Numbered from the stretch's first letter, positions 37,338 to 51,625 are shown. The stretch: DNA of 64,000 nucleotides from Chiloscyllium plagiosum (GCF_004010195.1 NC_057718.1:71023790-71087789); one strand, 5' to 3'. The notes: a model not told the origin generated them from the letters alone. Translations and numbers: made by a program.

Positions 37338-38211
37338 GTAGGCTTAGTAAAGGAAGTGGACCACAAACACTAAAGAGTTTTTATTAATATTGCAGTTCTA
37401 TGTGTCAAACACTCCATGACAGTAAATCATTGCCTTATGTCAAATTTTCTGTATTGAGCCAATTTTAAACAAAATGAAAATTCATACATGCATCAATAAA
37501 TGCAACAATGCTGACTTAATTGGCCTTTCTCCAATCCTCCTAAACATGGTGAGAGGGCAGTCGAATTTATGTGCAAATACACCCCAACTATCATTCTATA
37601 ATGGTCCATTCGCTGAGGTTATCTTATAGATAGATTTAGACAATCGTTAACTATCAGAATGGCCATCATCACCACCACACTGCTTCTTCCTCAGCTGACC
37701 ATTTTTCAGATTAAACTGCAAGGATGTTCAATAGGATTTCTTCTTTTTGTCCAATTAATGTCAAATAAATAGATTGCTATTTAATCTGGGGACTCCAAAG
37801 GTGGGGGTCAGGATTCCATCTGGGTCAGCAAGTTGAAATTTTGGCACTGCAATCTAATGCAGAATTGGATGCTATGAAGTTCTAGACACTTTGTGTAAAC
37901 CCTTCCCACCCCACATCTTTCATAGGTCTTTGCTCCCATATATATTCTCCCTCCCATTTTCACAGAGAGTCAAAATAATTTTTAAGCCTCGAAATGGGGC
38001 GCAGTGCAATAAAATTTCAAAAGCAATGATCTAATCCCATTCTACTTACTCCCTCTAAATGGAATTCCTAATAAATTACATGTTAAAGTAATACGGACTT
38101 AGCATCTTATACAGCAAGTACCAGCTAGTGTTACATCACAATCTAAATTTTTGCATGCAGCCTAAGCACTAACCATCATTAGAAATTAAGTTGAAGCACA
38201 CTAAAGGATAT
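37338..38211 (-). other. TMEM181: U12-type (minor spliceosome) AT-AC intron of TMEM181, 874 bp
   Basis: Donor ATATCCTTT (38211-38203), branch-point-like TTCCTTTAC (37355-37347), terminal AC (37339-37338). Splicing here restores YQNSAEF in frame. Confidence 0.9.
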
Positions 38212-38294
38212 AATTCTGGTAATGAGTTGAAAGCTCAGCAACAAAATTGTCTTGCAGGACCTTTGCTCCAAATCTCAGATATAGTATTATAATG
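38212..38294 (-). CDS. TMEM181: TMEM181 coding exon (SIIILYLRFGAKVLQDNFVAELSTHYQNS)
   Basis: tttcAG|CATTATA...CAGAATT|ATATCCTTT; 83 nt; followed by a U12-type donor. Confidence 0.95.
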
Positions 38295-39717
38295 CTGAAA
38301 AAGAATATTTTTAATAAGTCACAAAGATGACTATCAAGGGGAGAAAATGTTATAATTGCAAATGTTATAATTGCAAATGAAGTATAGCTGCAAAAATCTT
38401 AAGCCATTAATGAAGACTTGAGATTTTTGGAGTTATATCTCATATTCAAGGTACCACTTAAAACAAACTGGAATTGCAACATTTTCTTTCTTTCATTGGC
38501 ATAATAGCCACAGCAGCAAAGAACTGAAGGAATACAAGCATGCTGGCAAGTTTTACCCCATTGTGGAGATGTTAGTCATCAGAAGGAGCATTGGGAAAGC
38601 TCAACCAGTGGGGGAACTGAAGTGATTAATGAGACCATCAGTATAGATACCTAACTATCAGCTTCAATTCAGCAGAAAGACAGAAGGCAGCAAAACAGGG
38701 ACCCAGCATTTTAGCTTCAATATAGCAGCAAGACAGGAGGCACAGTTTAACAGTTACAGCTTCAGGGGAATGATGATTGGAAAAATGAAATCAAACAGTT
38801 ACATTGCTAGAAGTGGTTTGTTACTAAAAGGGTCTATTTTTTGGGAGAACAGATTAACTGAGAAGCAACAGGAGTAAGTGAAAATTAAGGCCAAAAAAAT
38901 AAAGTAATATAAGTAAGCAAAGCAGGGTTAAGGAAGTAGTTACTTGATATTAGTGAAATAAGTTTAAGGCTAAGTAAGTTTAGGTTTATGCCGTGAAAGC
39001 AGAGGCAGTCAAGTGGAATGTGTGACTTGTAATATGTGGGATATCAGAGGCCCCTACAGTCCCAGATGAGCATATATGTAGCAAGTGTTTTCAGCTGCAG
39101 AAACTTGAGTTCTGGGTTTCAGAGCTTGAACAATGACTGGAGACAGTGTAGCACATCTGCAGTGTGTTCCATGAATAGCACATTCAGACATGTAATCACA
39201 CTGCAGTTTAAAACCCTAGGGAAAGTAAGTGACTGTGGAGCAGTTCAACAGAAACAGACAGGTAGTGCAGGAGCCCTGGCCTGGCATCCTGCTCTTAAAT
39301 CGGTTTTCCACTGTGGAAGCTGATAAGGGCACAAGTTCCTCAGGGTAGAGCAGTCAGAGCCATGTCTGTGGCACCATAACTGGCTTGATTTACAGGAAGA
39401 GAGGAAGAAAAAGAAGAAGAGAGGAGGAGCAATAAAGATAGGATCATGAAGATTGTGGGGATCAGACATAGATTTCTATTGCCATTATTGTGACTCCAGG
39501 ATGGCACTTTGCCTCCCTGGTGCCAGGGTCAAGAATGCGACAGAATGGCCACAAGGCATTCTTCTGGGAAGGACAAACAACCAGAGGTCATCGCTTTATA
39601 TTGGTACCAATGACTTTGGGAAGATAGAGGATGTGGTATTGCAATCATAGTTTTGGGAGCTAAGTAGAAAAGTAGCAAGCAGTACCTCGAATGTAGTAAT
39701 CTCCACATTATTTAGGA

Positions 39718-40330
39718 ATGGCACCGTGGTTCAGTAGCTAGCACTGCTGCCTCAAAGAGCCAGGGACCTGGATTCAATTCCAGCCTCGAATGGCTATCTG
39801 TGTGGAGTTTGCACATTTGACCTGTGTCTGTGTGGGTTTCCTCCAGGTGCTCCAGTTTCCTTCCATACAAAGGTGTGCAGATTAGGTGGATTAGCCATGC
39901 TAAATTGTCCATTGTGTTCAGGGATATAATGGTTAGATGGAATGGCCATGGTAGCTGCAGGAATAGGGTAGGGGGGTAGATGTTTCTCAGAGAGTTGGTG
40001 TGGACTTGTCGTGCTGAATGGCCTGTTTCCACAGTGTGTGGCTCAGTGGTTAGCACTGCTGCCTCACAGCACCAGGGACCCAGGTTCGAATTCAGCCTCG
40101 GGCGACTATCTGTATGGAGTTTGCACATTCTCCCTGTGTCTGCGTGGGTTTCCCCCGGGTGCTCCGGTTTCCTCCCACAGTCCAAAGATGTGCAGGTCAG
40201 GTGAATTGGCCATGCTAAATTTCCCGTAATGTATCAGTCAGACAGAATGGGTCTGGGTGGGTTACTCTTCAGAGGGTCAGCGTGGACTTGTTGGGCCGAA
40301 GGGCCTGTTTCCACACTGTAGGAAATCTAA
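39718..40330 (+). mobile_element. Two head-to-tail HE1-like SINEs
   Basis: Two A/B-box heads (~39725, ~40038) and two ggcctgtttccaca ends. Confidence 0.85.
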
Positions 40331-41171
40331 AAACCCTATTCCCAAGTGAGGCAGGTGAGAGTGTATTGCTGAAAGGATGGTTCGGGAGGGAAGAGGGGAT
40401 GCACCAGGACAGAACCAGTACTGAGTTCCTTGAGAGACATTTTCTTAGTGCTATTAGGAAAGCTTTAAAGTAACTTGGCAGGGGGTGAGAACCAAGGGAG
40501 AATAGCAAAGAGAAAGACCACGGTTCACAAAATATGTAAGAGGTTCTCGTGTAAACTATAGCAAGTTAGTAGATAAAGTCAGAGTGAGGAATCAGGGCTA
40601 CTGTGCATGTAAATGCATGAGTACAGAAAATAAAACTGGGGAATTTAAGGAATGGATTGTTATGTGGAAATATGATTTTGTGGTGATAGCAGAGACCTGG
40701 CTCGAGGGGAAAGGCAAGACAGAATGTTAAATATTCCTGGGTACAACATATTCCAAAAAGATAGATAAGGAAGGAAAGGAGAAGGGGAAATATTATTGGT
40801 TAAAGAGTGCATTGCAGTGCTGGAGAAAAACAGGATGTCTCAGAGGGTGCTGACATAGAATTAACTTGGCTAGAAGTAAGGAAAACAAAGGTACAATTGC
40901 ATTGCTAAGGGTAGTCTATAAACCACCAAATAGTGGAAAGGATATAGAAGACCAGTTCTGCAGGGAAGTAATGGAGAGATGCCAACATTGTAGAGTAGTT
41001 ATAATGGGAGCCCTCAATTACCAAAATGTAGACTGGGATACTTGTAGTGGCGCAACAAGGGGCAAGAGTTCCTGGATTGCATGAAGAAGTGTCCTACATC
41101 AGTATGTTTCCATTCCAAGAAAGGATGCACTGTTTTGTGGAAATGAGATAGGCAAAATGGATCAAGTGTCT

Positions 41172-41660
41172 TGATTAGATTAGATTAGATTACTTACAGT
41201 GTGGAACAGGCCCTTCGGCCCAACAAGTCCACACCAACCCTCTGAAGGACTCACCCAGACCCATTCCCCTACATTTACCACGGGCAATTTAGCATGGCCA
41301 ATTCACCTAACCTGCACATTTTTGGACTGTGGGAGGAAACCGGAGCACCCGGAGGAAACCCACGCAGACACGGGGAGAACGTGCAAACAGCACACAGACA
41401 GTTGCCTGAGGCGGGAATTGAACCCGGGTATCTAGAGCTGAGAGGCAGCAGTGCTAACCACTGTGCCACCATGCCGCCCACGTACGACCAGTGACGTCAT
41501 TTGGGTGGAACTCAGAAATACCGGAGCACCCGGAGGAAACCCACGCAGACATGGGGAGAATGTGCAAACAGCACACAGACAGTTGCCTGAGGCGGGAATT
41601 GAACCCGGGTATCTGGAGCTGAGAGGCAGCAGTGCTAACCACTGTGCCACCATGCCGCCC
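41172..41660 (-). mobile_element. HE1-like SINE whose head plus flank is duplicated in tandem (period ~181 bp)
   Basis: 41340-41520 is repeated at 41521-41701. Confidence 0.85.
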
Positions 41661-42057
41661 AAGTACGACCAGTGACGTCATTTGGGTGGAACTCAGAAAT
41701 AAGAAAGAGACGATCACCTTATTGGGATTGTACTACAGATCCCCTAATATTTAGAAGGAAATTGAGAAGCAAATTTGTAAGGAGATCTCAGTTATCTATA
41801 ACAACACTAGGGTTATAATGGTAGGGGATTTTAACTTTCCGAACATAAACTAGGACTGGGAGTGTTAAGGGCTTGGATGGAGAGGAATTTGTTAAATGTG
41901 AATAAGAAAATTTTCTGATTCAGTATGTGGATGTACCTACTAGAGGAGCGAAATTTGACCTCTTGGGAAATAAGGTAGGGCAAGTGACTGAGGTGTCAGT
42001 GGGGGAATGATCATAATTCTACTAGTTTTTTTAAATAGTTATGGAAAAGGATAGACC

Positions 42058-43153
42058 TGGCCTCCTCCTTCAATGACTGCAATTTCCCCTCTCATATGGT
42101 CGAAGATGCTCTCCAATGCATTTCCTCCACTTCCCGCATCTCTGCCCTTGAATCCCACCCTTCCAATTAAGGATAGAACGTCTTCCCCCCCTCCCCCACC
42201 CAGGTCCTTACCTTCTACCCCACCAACCTCCAGATACATTGCATCATCCTCTGCCATTTGCACCACCTACAAACAGACCCCATCACCAGGGATATATTTT
42301 TCTCGCCACCCCTATTTGCATTCTGGAGAGACCATTCCCTTCACGACTTCCTTGTTCATTCCACACAGCCACCAACCCACTCTCCACTTCTGGCACCTTC
42401 CCCTGCCACTACAAGAAGTGCAAACCCTGCGCCCACACCTTCCCTCTCTCCTCCGTCCCAGGCCTCAAAGGATCCTTCCACATCCTACAGAGATTTACCT
42501 GTACTTCCACAGACATCATCTACTGTGTCCGTTGCTCTCAATGTGGTCTCCTCTACATTGGGGAGACAGGACACCAACTTGCTGAACATTTCAGAGAACG
42601 TCTCTGGGACACACGCACTAAACAACCCCCCTGCCCTTTGGGCAAACACTTTAACTCCTCCTCCCACTCCGCTTAGGGCATTCATGTCCTGGGCCTCCTC
42701 CACCGCCAAACTCTAGCCACCTGATGCCTGGAGGAAGAAAGCTTCATCTTGCACCTTGGAACCCTCCAACCACACGGAATCAATGTGGATTTCACCAGTT
42801 TCTTCATTTCCCCTCCACTCACCTTATCTCAGATCTAACCTTCCAACTTGGCACTGCCCTCTTGAACTGCCCTACCTGTCATTCTTCCTTCCCACCTATC
42901 CGCTCCACCCTTCTTTCCGACCTATCAATTTCAGCCCCACCTTCATCTACCTAACATTTTCCCAGCTACCTTCCCCCTGCCCCTCCCCCTCCCATTTATC
43001 TCTCAGCCCCTTTGGGCCACCTGTCATTCCTGATGACGGGCTTATGCTCGAGACATCGACTCTTCTGCTCCTCGGATGCTGCCTGACCAGCTGTTCTTTT
43101 CCAGGACCACACTCTTCGACTCTGATCTCCAGAATCTGCAGTCCTCAATTCTT
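42058..43153 (+). mobile_element. Penelope-like element (Neptune-type), 5'-truncated
   Basis: CHYKKCKPC Zn-finger-like linker and FTCTSTDIIYCVRCSQCGLLYIGETG GIY-YIG; decayed hammerhead at ~43030-43057. Confidence 0.9.
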
Positions 43154-45586
43154 CTAGAGTGAAAAGCAATGCTGGTAGGTGCAGGGAATGCTGCATGACC
43201 AGAGAAATTGAGGTTTTAGTCAAGAATAATGAGGAAGCATATGTCAGATATAGACAACAGGAATTGAGTTTAAGGACAGTATACTTAACAGGGAAATCAG
43301 GAGGGCAAAAAGGGGACTTGAGGTACCTTTGGCAAATAGGGTTAAGGAGACTCCAAAGGGATTCTTCAAATACATTAAGGACATCAAGGTAACTAGGCAG
43401 AGAATAGGGCCCCTTAAAGATCAGCAAATCTTTGTGTACAACCTCAGGATATGGGGGAGACACTAAAGGAGTGACTGAAAGACAAGACTAGTTAGCACAG
43501 AGGTGTGTGCTACCTTTCTGTGAACTACCAGGTAGAATGCAATGGGGGAAACAGATCTTGGTCACATCAAGGATGATTGGAAGACCGCTGTTGTAACCCC
43601 ATTGTTCAAGAAAGGATCAAGACAAAAGATGGAAAATTATTGGCCAATTAGTCTAACCTCAGTTGTTGGTAAAATTCTAGAATCCATCGTTAAGGATGAG
43701 GTTTCTAAATTCTTGGAAGAACAGGGTCGGATTAGAACAAGTCAACGTGGATTTAGTAAGGGGAGGTCGTGCCTGACAAACCTGTTAGAATTCTTTGAAG
43801 AGGTGACAAGTAGGTTAGACCAGGGAAACCCAGTGGATGTGGTCTATCTAGACTTCCAAAAGGCCTTTGATAAGGTGCCACACGGTAGGCTGCTGAGTAA
43901 GGTGAGGGCCCATGGTGTTCGAGGTGAGCTACTGGCATGGATTGAAGATTGGCAGAAGGCAGAAGGCAGAGAGTTGGGATAAGAGGTTCTTTTTCAGAAT
44001 GGCAGCCGGTGACAAGCGGTGTCCCACAGGGTTCAGTGCTGGGGCCACAACTGTTCACGTTATATATTAATGATCTGGATGAAGGGACTGGGGGCATTCT
44101 AGCAAAGTTTGCCGGTGATATAAAGATAGGTGGACAGGCAGGTAGTACTGAGGAAGTGGGGAGGCTGCAGAAGGATCTAGACAGTTTGGGAGAGTGGTCC
44201 AGGAAATGGCTGATGAAGTTCAATGTGAGCAAATGCGAGGTCTTGCACTTTGGAAAAAAGAATACAAGCATGGACTACTTTCTAAACGGTGAGAAAATTC
44301 ATAAAGCCAAAGTACAAAAGGATCTGGGAGTGCTAGTCGAGGATTCTCTAAAGGTAAACATGCACATTGAATCCGTGATTAAGAAAGCAAATGCAATGTT
44401 GTCATTTACCTCAAGAGGGTTGGAATATAAAAGCACCGATGTGCTACTTTATAAAGCTCTGGTTAGGCCCCATTTGGAGTACTGGTGTCCAGTTTTGGGC
44501 CCCACACCTCAGGAGGGACATACTGGCACTGGAGCGTGTCCAGCGGAGATTCACACGGAAGATCCCTGGAATGGTAGGTNNNNNNNNNNNNNNNNNNNNN
44601 NNNNNNNNNNNNNNNNNNNNNNNNNNNNNNNNCCTGTGGAATTCATTGCCACAGAGTGCAGTGGAGGCTGGGTCGTTAAATGTCTTCAAGGCAGAGATTG
44701 ATAAATTCTTGATGTCACAAGGAATTAAGGGCTACAGGGAGAATGCGGGTAAGTGGATTTGAAATGCCCATCAGCCATGATTAAATGGCGAAGTGGACTC
44801 GATGGGCCGAATGGCCTTACTTCCACTCCTATGTCTTATGGTCTTATCAACAAATCCTTTGATGCTAAGTAATCTTTACCCTAGAAATCATACCAATTGG
44901 CTGACAATTGAGGAATTCATTGAAACTGAGAGAAATACCTTTCAATAGTCACTCAACATTACAACTTCGTGAAATGGGTGACAGTGAACCCACTGGAAGC
45001 TGGGAATGACTGTTGTTATAATCTTATCCATTCTTTCTATAGCTAACTTCTAACATTCATTTTTCTAAAAAAGAAATTATCAGATAAAAGTGGGATTCTG
45101 TATAAGATTTATGATTCAGTTAGCACCCTCCAACCTACTGAGAAATCAACCTTGGAGACTCTTTACAGATCACTAAAACTTCAGCAAGTATAGGAAAGCT
45201 TCAAAAGCACACTTCTTTAGTTCATGATTCAAGTAGTGGTGTTGTAGTTTCTTCATGCATTTTGGGTATGTTCAAGGTTAATGTGCGAGGTTAATTCAGG
45301 GTGTAGGTCAGTGCATACAATTTTAAAATGGCACTGGTGGCATGAATTCAGTGTTGCACATTGGTGTCATAACCTGTATCATCCACATGCTGCTGGCAGT
45401 TATCAACTGTGCATGCACAAGCCCCTTAAAGATAGCTTCCAATGCATTTGTGACACATCTCGAACTGTATCGTCAAGTATTTGCAGAACTCCTGAAAACT
45501 GGCCATTTCATAAATTATAAATGCTACATTGGATTATTATTTAACTGAAATACCGGCTTATTTCCCAGCAGCCCAGATCTGTTTAC

Positions 45587-45638
45587 CTGATTACCAACAC
45601 AATAAATGTTAGCCCAGTCAAAAATTTCAGTCGGAGAT
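45587..45638 (-). CDS. TMEM181: TMEM181 coding exon (DLRLKFLTGLTFIVLVIS)
   Basis: tttcAG|ATCTCCGA...ATCAG|GTaaac; 52 nt, phases compatible with both neighbours. Confidence 0.95.
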
Positions 45639-46535
45639 CTGAAACAAAAAGCATACATGCAGAGGTCAGTCATTCATTTTGAAATAGAGAATTGGGATTT
45701 GTGCTTTATTAAAACAAAACCTTATAAAAGAAGATTCAATGAAACAAGCAGTATGAACACAAGTCATAAAGCTTCAAAGAAGTTTTTTTTATTATTGCAG
45801 TGTACCTAAACGTATTGAAGCTATGTTTGAAATGATTTCTACAAGCTTATACTAAACACCATGCTTTAAGCCAAGTTTTCATGGGAATGGTCTCAGGGCT
45901 CACAAAAGTTGTCTTTAAATTATCCATCTCTCTCAAATTCACCCGCCAGTCAACAGGTTCCTTAACTAAAGTATGCTGTGTCCTTATTGCACAAATACTT
46001 TTTAATCCCCTTCCCACCAACAAAGCTAAAGTTCAGCCTCCAACATGACAAACTCCTGATAGTCGAGGATTTCAACACTCAACTCTCACTCCAGTGTAAT
46101 TTGTGGAAAAAAACGTACAAGAGAAGGATTTTCTGTAGAATTTGGAGTTAGTGTTCAGCAACAAAGAGTACTGTGGTGAACAAAAACAGTACGAATTACA
46201 GTCGCCTGTAGTGGACACAGTAAAATAGAGGACCTAAATGGTGAAGAGTTTCTTCCATTAAAATGTTAAAGAAGAACATGAATACGTTCAACAAATGGAA
46301 GGAAACACTCAGTGTTGTCCAAACAACATTTACTGATTATGTCCCATGCAGGACTAGGATGTTAAATGAGGAACACAATGTTAATTCAGTTTAAAAATAA
46401 GTCTATAGGTATATGCAAATTATTTGGAAAATGGATGTGGTGCACCTTTAACAAAGATGCAATAGAACACCCTACACCATTTTAGATGAACACAAATTAC
46501 ATCTGAAGTTTCATGCCTCAATAAATTCCACTTAC

Positions 46536-46638
46536 CAAAGTATGGCATGTTTTTCAGTTCAGAACAGGCCCTTACAATCAGGAAGACAAGGTATAATATA
46601 TACACGGAACCCACTATCAGGAAGAAAACTTTCATTCC
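46536..46638 (-). CDS. TMEM181: TMEM181 coding exon (GMKVFFLIVGSVYILYLVFLIVRACSELKNMPYF), transmembrane segment
   Basis: ttgtAG|GGAATG...TTTG|GTaagt; 103 nt; overlaps ORF 46420..46635; recognisable TMEM181 peptide. Confidence 0.95.
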
Positions 46639-47640
46639 CTACAAAACAATAGCAAAAATAAAGTGAAAAAGAAAGACACTTCATTCACATAACAAGACAT
46701 ATTGATATTGTTTAATTAGAATCCTTGAATCCTAAAAGATCTACCCACACAAACAACTTGCATTCATACATACTTGACCATCACAATGTCGAAAAGTACT
46801 TCATAACCAACTAACTTCTAATTTAGTCATTTTTGTTAATTAATCAACGTCAGCTATTTTACACACACAAAGAATCATAAACTTGAAGGGAACAAATAGT
46901 TGAGCTATCTTTGGTGTAACAGGAAAGAGAATACTTTGGCCAAACACTGACCTAATTCTCCAAATAGGGCTATGAGATTGTTAATGTCACACCCCATCCC
47001 TCCTCTCCCCAAAAAATAGGTGTACAGAACTTCTGTTTAGAGTCTTATTTAAAATGCTCTACTGCTCGCAATGTAGTTCTCTAGGTTCTGTATGAAATTT
47101 AAGTCAAGATTAAGTAGGGAACTTAGGTGGAATTTTATACCAATTCAGCGAAGTTGGCAGTAAACAGAGTGCATGCAAAGCTGTAGATCAGTTTCCAACA
47201 TGACATAAGAGTTGGTACAGGAGACAGATTTAGATTCCTGGACCATTTATGTGGAAGTTGGAACCTGTACAAGCAGGGCAGTCTGCACGTGAACCAGAAA
47301 GGGACCAACATTCTGGCGGGTGGGTTTGTTAGTACTGTTGGGACAAATTTAAATTAGTTTGACAGTGGGAAGGGGACAAAAAGGAACCAAGGTAGATGGA
47401 GTAGGAGACTTAAACAAAGCTAGATGGCCTCTACTTTAATGTAGGAATAGTATAGGCAAGACAGATGAGTCAAGAGCGTATATTGACACATTAAATTGTG
47501 ATGTTCTTGGCATTGCAAAGATGTGGTTGAGGCCTGGCAGCTCAGCCTTCTGAGATAGAGGATCTTAAAGCAGGACAGGAGGGGTATAAAAGCATTTTTA
47601 ATCAACTATTTGTTGACAACAGTAAGGAGGAACAATATAG

Positions 47641-49693
47641 AGTTATAAAGATGTACAGCATGGAAACAGACCCTTCGGTCCAACCCGTCCATGCCGACCA
47701 GATATCTCAACCCAATCTAGTCCCACCTGCCAGCACCCAGCCCATATTCCTCCAAACCCTTCCTATTCATATACCAATCCAAATGCCTCTTAAATGTTGC
47801 AATTGTACCAGCCTCCACCACTTCCTCTGCCAGCTCATTCCATATACGTACCACTCTCTCTGTGAAAAATTTGCCCCTTAGGTCTCTTTTATATCTTTCC
47901 CCTCTCGTCCTAAACCTATGCCCTCTAGTTCAGACTCCCCCACCCCAGGAAAAAGACTTCGTCTATTTATCCTATCCTTGCCCCTCATAATTTTGTAAAC
48001 CTCTGTAAGGTCACCCTTCAGCCTCCGACGCTCCAGGGAAAACAAGCCCCAGTCTGTTCAGCCTCTCCCCATAGCTCAAATCCACCAACCCTGGCAACAT
48101 CCTTGTAAATCTTTTCTGAGACCAGAATTGCACGCAATATTCCAACAGTGGCCTAACCAATGTCCTGTACAGATACAACATGACTTTCCAATTCCTGTAC
48201 TCAATACTCTGACCAACAAAGGAAAGCATACCAAACACCTTCACTATCCTATCTACTTGCAACTCCACTTTCAAGGAGCTATGAACCTGCACTCCAAGGT
48301 CTGTTTGTTCAGCAACACTCCCCAGGACCTTACCATTAAGTGTATAAGTCCTGCTAAGATTTGCTTTCTCAAAATGCAGCACCTCATATTTATCTGAATT
48401 TAAATTCCATCTGCCACTTCTCGGCCCATTGCCCCATCTGATTAAGATCCTGTTATAGTCTGAGGTATCCCTCTTCGCTGTCCACTACACCTCCAATTTT
48501 GGTGTCATCTGCAAACTTACTAGCTGTACCACTTATGCTCGCATCCAAATCATTTATGTAAATGATAAAAAGTAGAGGTCCGAGCACTGATCCTTGTGGC
48601 ACTCCACTGGTCACAGGCCCCAGTCTGAAAATCAACCCTCCACCATCAACCTCTGTCTTCTACCTTTGAGCCAGTTCTGTATCCAAATGGCTAGTTCTCC
48701 CTGTATTCCGTGAGATCTAACCTTGCTAACCAGTTTCCCATGGGGAACCTTGTCAAACGCCTTTCTGAAGTCCATATAGATCTCATCCACCGCTCTGCCC
48801 TCATCAATCATCTTTGTTACTTCTTCAAAAAACTCAAATCAAGTTTGTAAGACATGAGATCCCACACACAAAGCCATGTTGACTATCACTAATTAGTCCT
48901 TGCCTTTCCAAATAAATGCACATCATGTTCCTCGGGATTCCCTCCACTAACTTGCCCACCACCGATGTCTGGCTCAACCATCTATAGTTCCCTGGCCACC
49001 TTTCCACCTTTCTTAAACAGTGGCACCTCATTAGCCAACCTCCAATCTTCTAGCACCTCAACTGTGACTATCGATGATACAAATATCTCAACAAGAGGCC
49101 CAGCAATCACTTCTCTAGCTTCCCACAGTGTTCTAGGATACACCTGATCAGGTCCTGGTGATTTATCCACCTTTTTGCGTTTCAAGACATCCAGCGCCTC
49201 CTCCTCTGTAATATGGACATTTTGCAAGGTGTCACCATCTATTTCCCCACAGTCTATATCTTCCATGTCTTTTCCACAGTAAATACTGATGCAAAATACT
49301 CACTTAGTACCTCCCCCATTTTTCTCCGGCTCCTTGCTGATCTTTGAGGGGCCCGATTCTCTCCCTAGTTACCCTTTTGTCCTTAATGTATTTGTAAAAA
49401 CCTTTTGGATTCTCCTTAATTCTATTTGTCAAAGCTATCTCATGTCCCCTATTTGCCCTCCTGAGTTCCCTCTTAAGTATACTCCTACTGCCTTTATACT
49501 CTAAGGATTCACTCAATCCTATCCTGTCTATACTTTACATATGCTTCATGCTTTATCTTAATCAAGCTCTCAATTTCTTTAGTCATCCAGCCTTCCCTAT
49601 ACCTACCAGCCTTTCCTTTCACCCTAACAGGAATATACTTTCTCTGGATTCTCGTTATCTCATTTCTGAAGGCTTCCTATTTTACAACTGTCC
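47641..49693 (-). mobile_element. CR1 (HER1-like) LINE, 5'-truncated
   Basis: [35 protein letters not shown]. Confidence 0.9.
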
Positions 49694-49699
49694 CAGCTG

Positions 49700-51625
49700 C
49701 AGAGGTTAACATTAGTTGGGGGAACTGATAGTCTTGAGGCAGCAGGGAGATTACAGAAGCACTTGGACTTGCTTGGAGAATGGGCAAATGGCAGGTGAAA
49801 CACAATGTGGGAAAGTGAGAGGTTATGTACTTTGATAAAAAAATAAGGTGTAGGATATTTTCTAAATGAGTGAAGGCTTTGGAAATCTGAATCGCAAAGA
49901 GACTTCGGAGACCGAATTCAGGATCTCTTAATGTGAATCTGCAGGTTCAGTTAGCAGTTAGGAAGCCAAATAGATTTTGAGGGGGCTGGAATACAAGATC
50001 AGGGACGCACTGCTGAGGATGTGCAAGGCTCTGGTCAGACCGCATTTGGAACACTGTGAGCAGTGCTGAGCTCCATATGTAAGGATGGATATGCTGGTCC
50101 TGAACGTACTCCAGAAGAAGTTCACATAAATGATCCCAGGTGTGAAAGGTTTGCCATATTAGGAACGGTTCATGAATCTGGGTCTATTACTCCATGGAGT
50201 TTAGAAGGACGAGGAGGGATCTCAATGAAACTTACAGAACACAGAGAGGTCTGGATAGAGTGGACATGGAGTAGATGTTTCCAGCAGTCAGAGAGATGAA
50301 GGCCCAAGAGCCTCAGAGTGAAGGGATGACTCTTTAGAATGGAGATGAGAAGGAATTTTTTCACCTAGAGGGTGGGTAATCTGTGGAACTCATTGCCACA
50401 GAAGGCTATGGATGCCAAATCATTAAGTATATTTAAGACAGAGATAGATCGGTTCTTGATGAATAAGAGTTCTTGATGAGTATGGAGAAAAGGCAGGAAA
50501 ATGGGGTTGAGAAACATATCAGCCATGAACGACTAGTAAAGCAGACTCAATAGGTCAAAAGGTCTAATTCTGCTCCTGTATCTTATGGTCTAATTCACCG
50601 AAGTGTGTAAAACAATAATGGTGTAATTAGGTCAGGGATTTCAACTTTCCTAGCATTAACTGGGATTGTCATAGTGTAATAGTTGTAGTGTAGTGGTTTA
50701 GAGAGGCAGATTTATTGAGATGTATTCAGGATAAAGCTATGCCCCCTTGTAATACCCGACTCAATACGCGGGAAAAGGTTCATACTGTCGACCCTATCTA
50801 ACCCCCTAATCGGTTGTAGTGTAGTGGTTTAGAGAGGCAGATTTATTGAGATGTATTCAGGAAAGCTTTTTATATCTAACAAGGGATGTTGCGGTGATAG
50901 AAGAAAGCAATTAGGAGAGCAAAGGAGGTCATGAGAAAACACTGCAGGTAAGATTAGGGAGAATACCAAGAGCTTCTCTTAGTACATCATGAGGAAGAGG
51001 ATAACAAGAGAAAGAAAAAGAGAAGTGACCATCAGGGACTGAAGGGGCAATCTCTGCAAGGTGACGAGGACATTGGAAGGGTGTTAAATAAGCACTTCAC
51101 ATCTGTCTTCACTTTGGAGGATGACATAGGTCCAGAACTCAAGAAGAGTTTCCTGAAGTAGCTGAGCAGCTACCTCTATGATTTAATTTAAACCACAGAT
51201 GGAAAGTGAGAAGATAAAATCCAATACCAGGATCCTGTCCTTAAACAAAGGAGATTACAACAGGGTGAGGGAGGAGTTGGCTAAAGTAGACTGAAAGCAA
51301 AGACTTTATGGTGGGACAGTTGACGAGCAGTAGAGGACTTTCAAAGCAATTTTTCAAAGTGTTCAGCAGAAGTTTATACCAGTGAAAAGGAAGGACTGTA
51401 GTAAAAGGGTTAATCAGCCATGTATGTCCAAGGAAATAAGGGATGCTATCAAATTGAAAGATAAAGCATACAAAGTGGCAAAGACCAGCAGGAAACTAGA
51501 AGATTGGGAAAACTTTAAAGATCAACAGAAAGCACAAAAAAAAGCTACAAAGAAAAGTAGGCTAGATTATAAGAGTAAACTAGATCAGAATATAAAGACA
51601 GATTGCAAAGGTTTCTACAAATATC
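49700..51625 (+). mobile_element. CR1 fragments (3' end 49700-50590; endonuclease/linker pieces after)
   Basis: Similarity to the other CR1 copies in the window. Confidence 0.7.

Larger units (their letters stand above)
39000..44826 (+). mobile_element. Mosaic of CR1 LINE pieces (ORF1, endonuclease, RT) interrupted by SINEs and a PLE
   Basis: [41 protein letters not shown]1 tail at ~44826. Confidence 0.8.

Noticed and set aside
41340..41701. 181-bp tandem duplication of SINE head plus flank
   Set aside because: Near-identical copies in a draft assembly; haplotype or overlap artefact is as likely as biology.
46420..46535. C-terminal extension of the 71-aa ORF
   Set aside because: Read-through into the intron past the GTAAGT donor at 46535.
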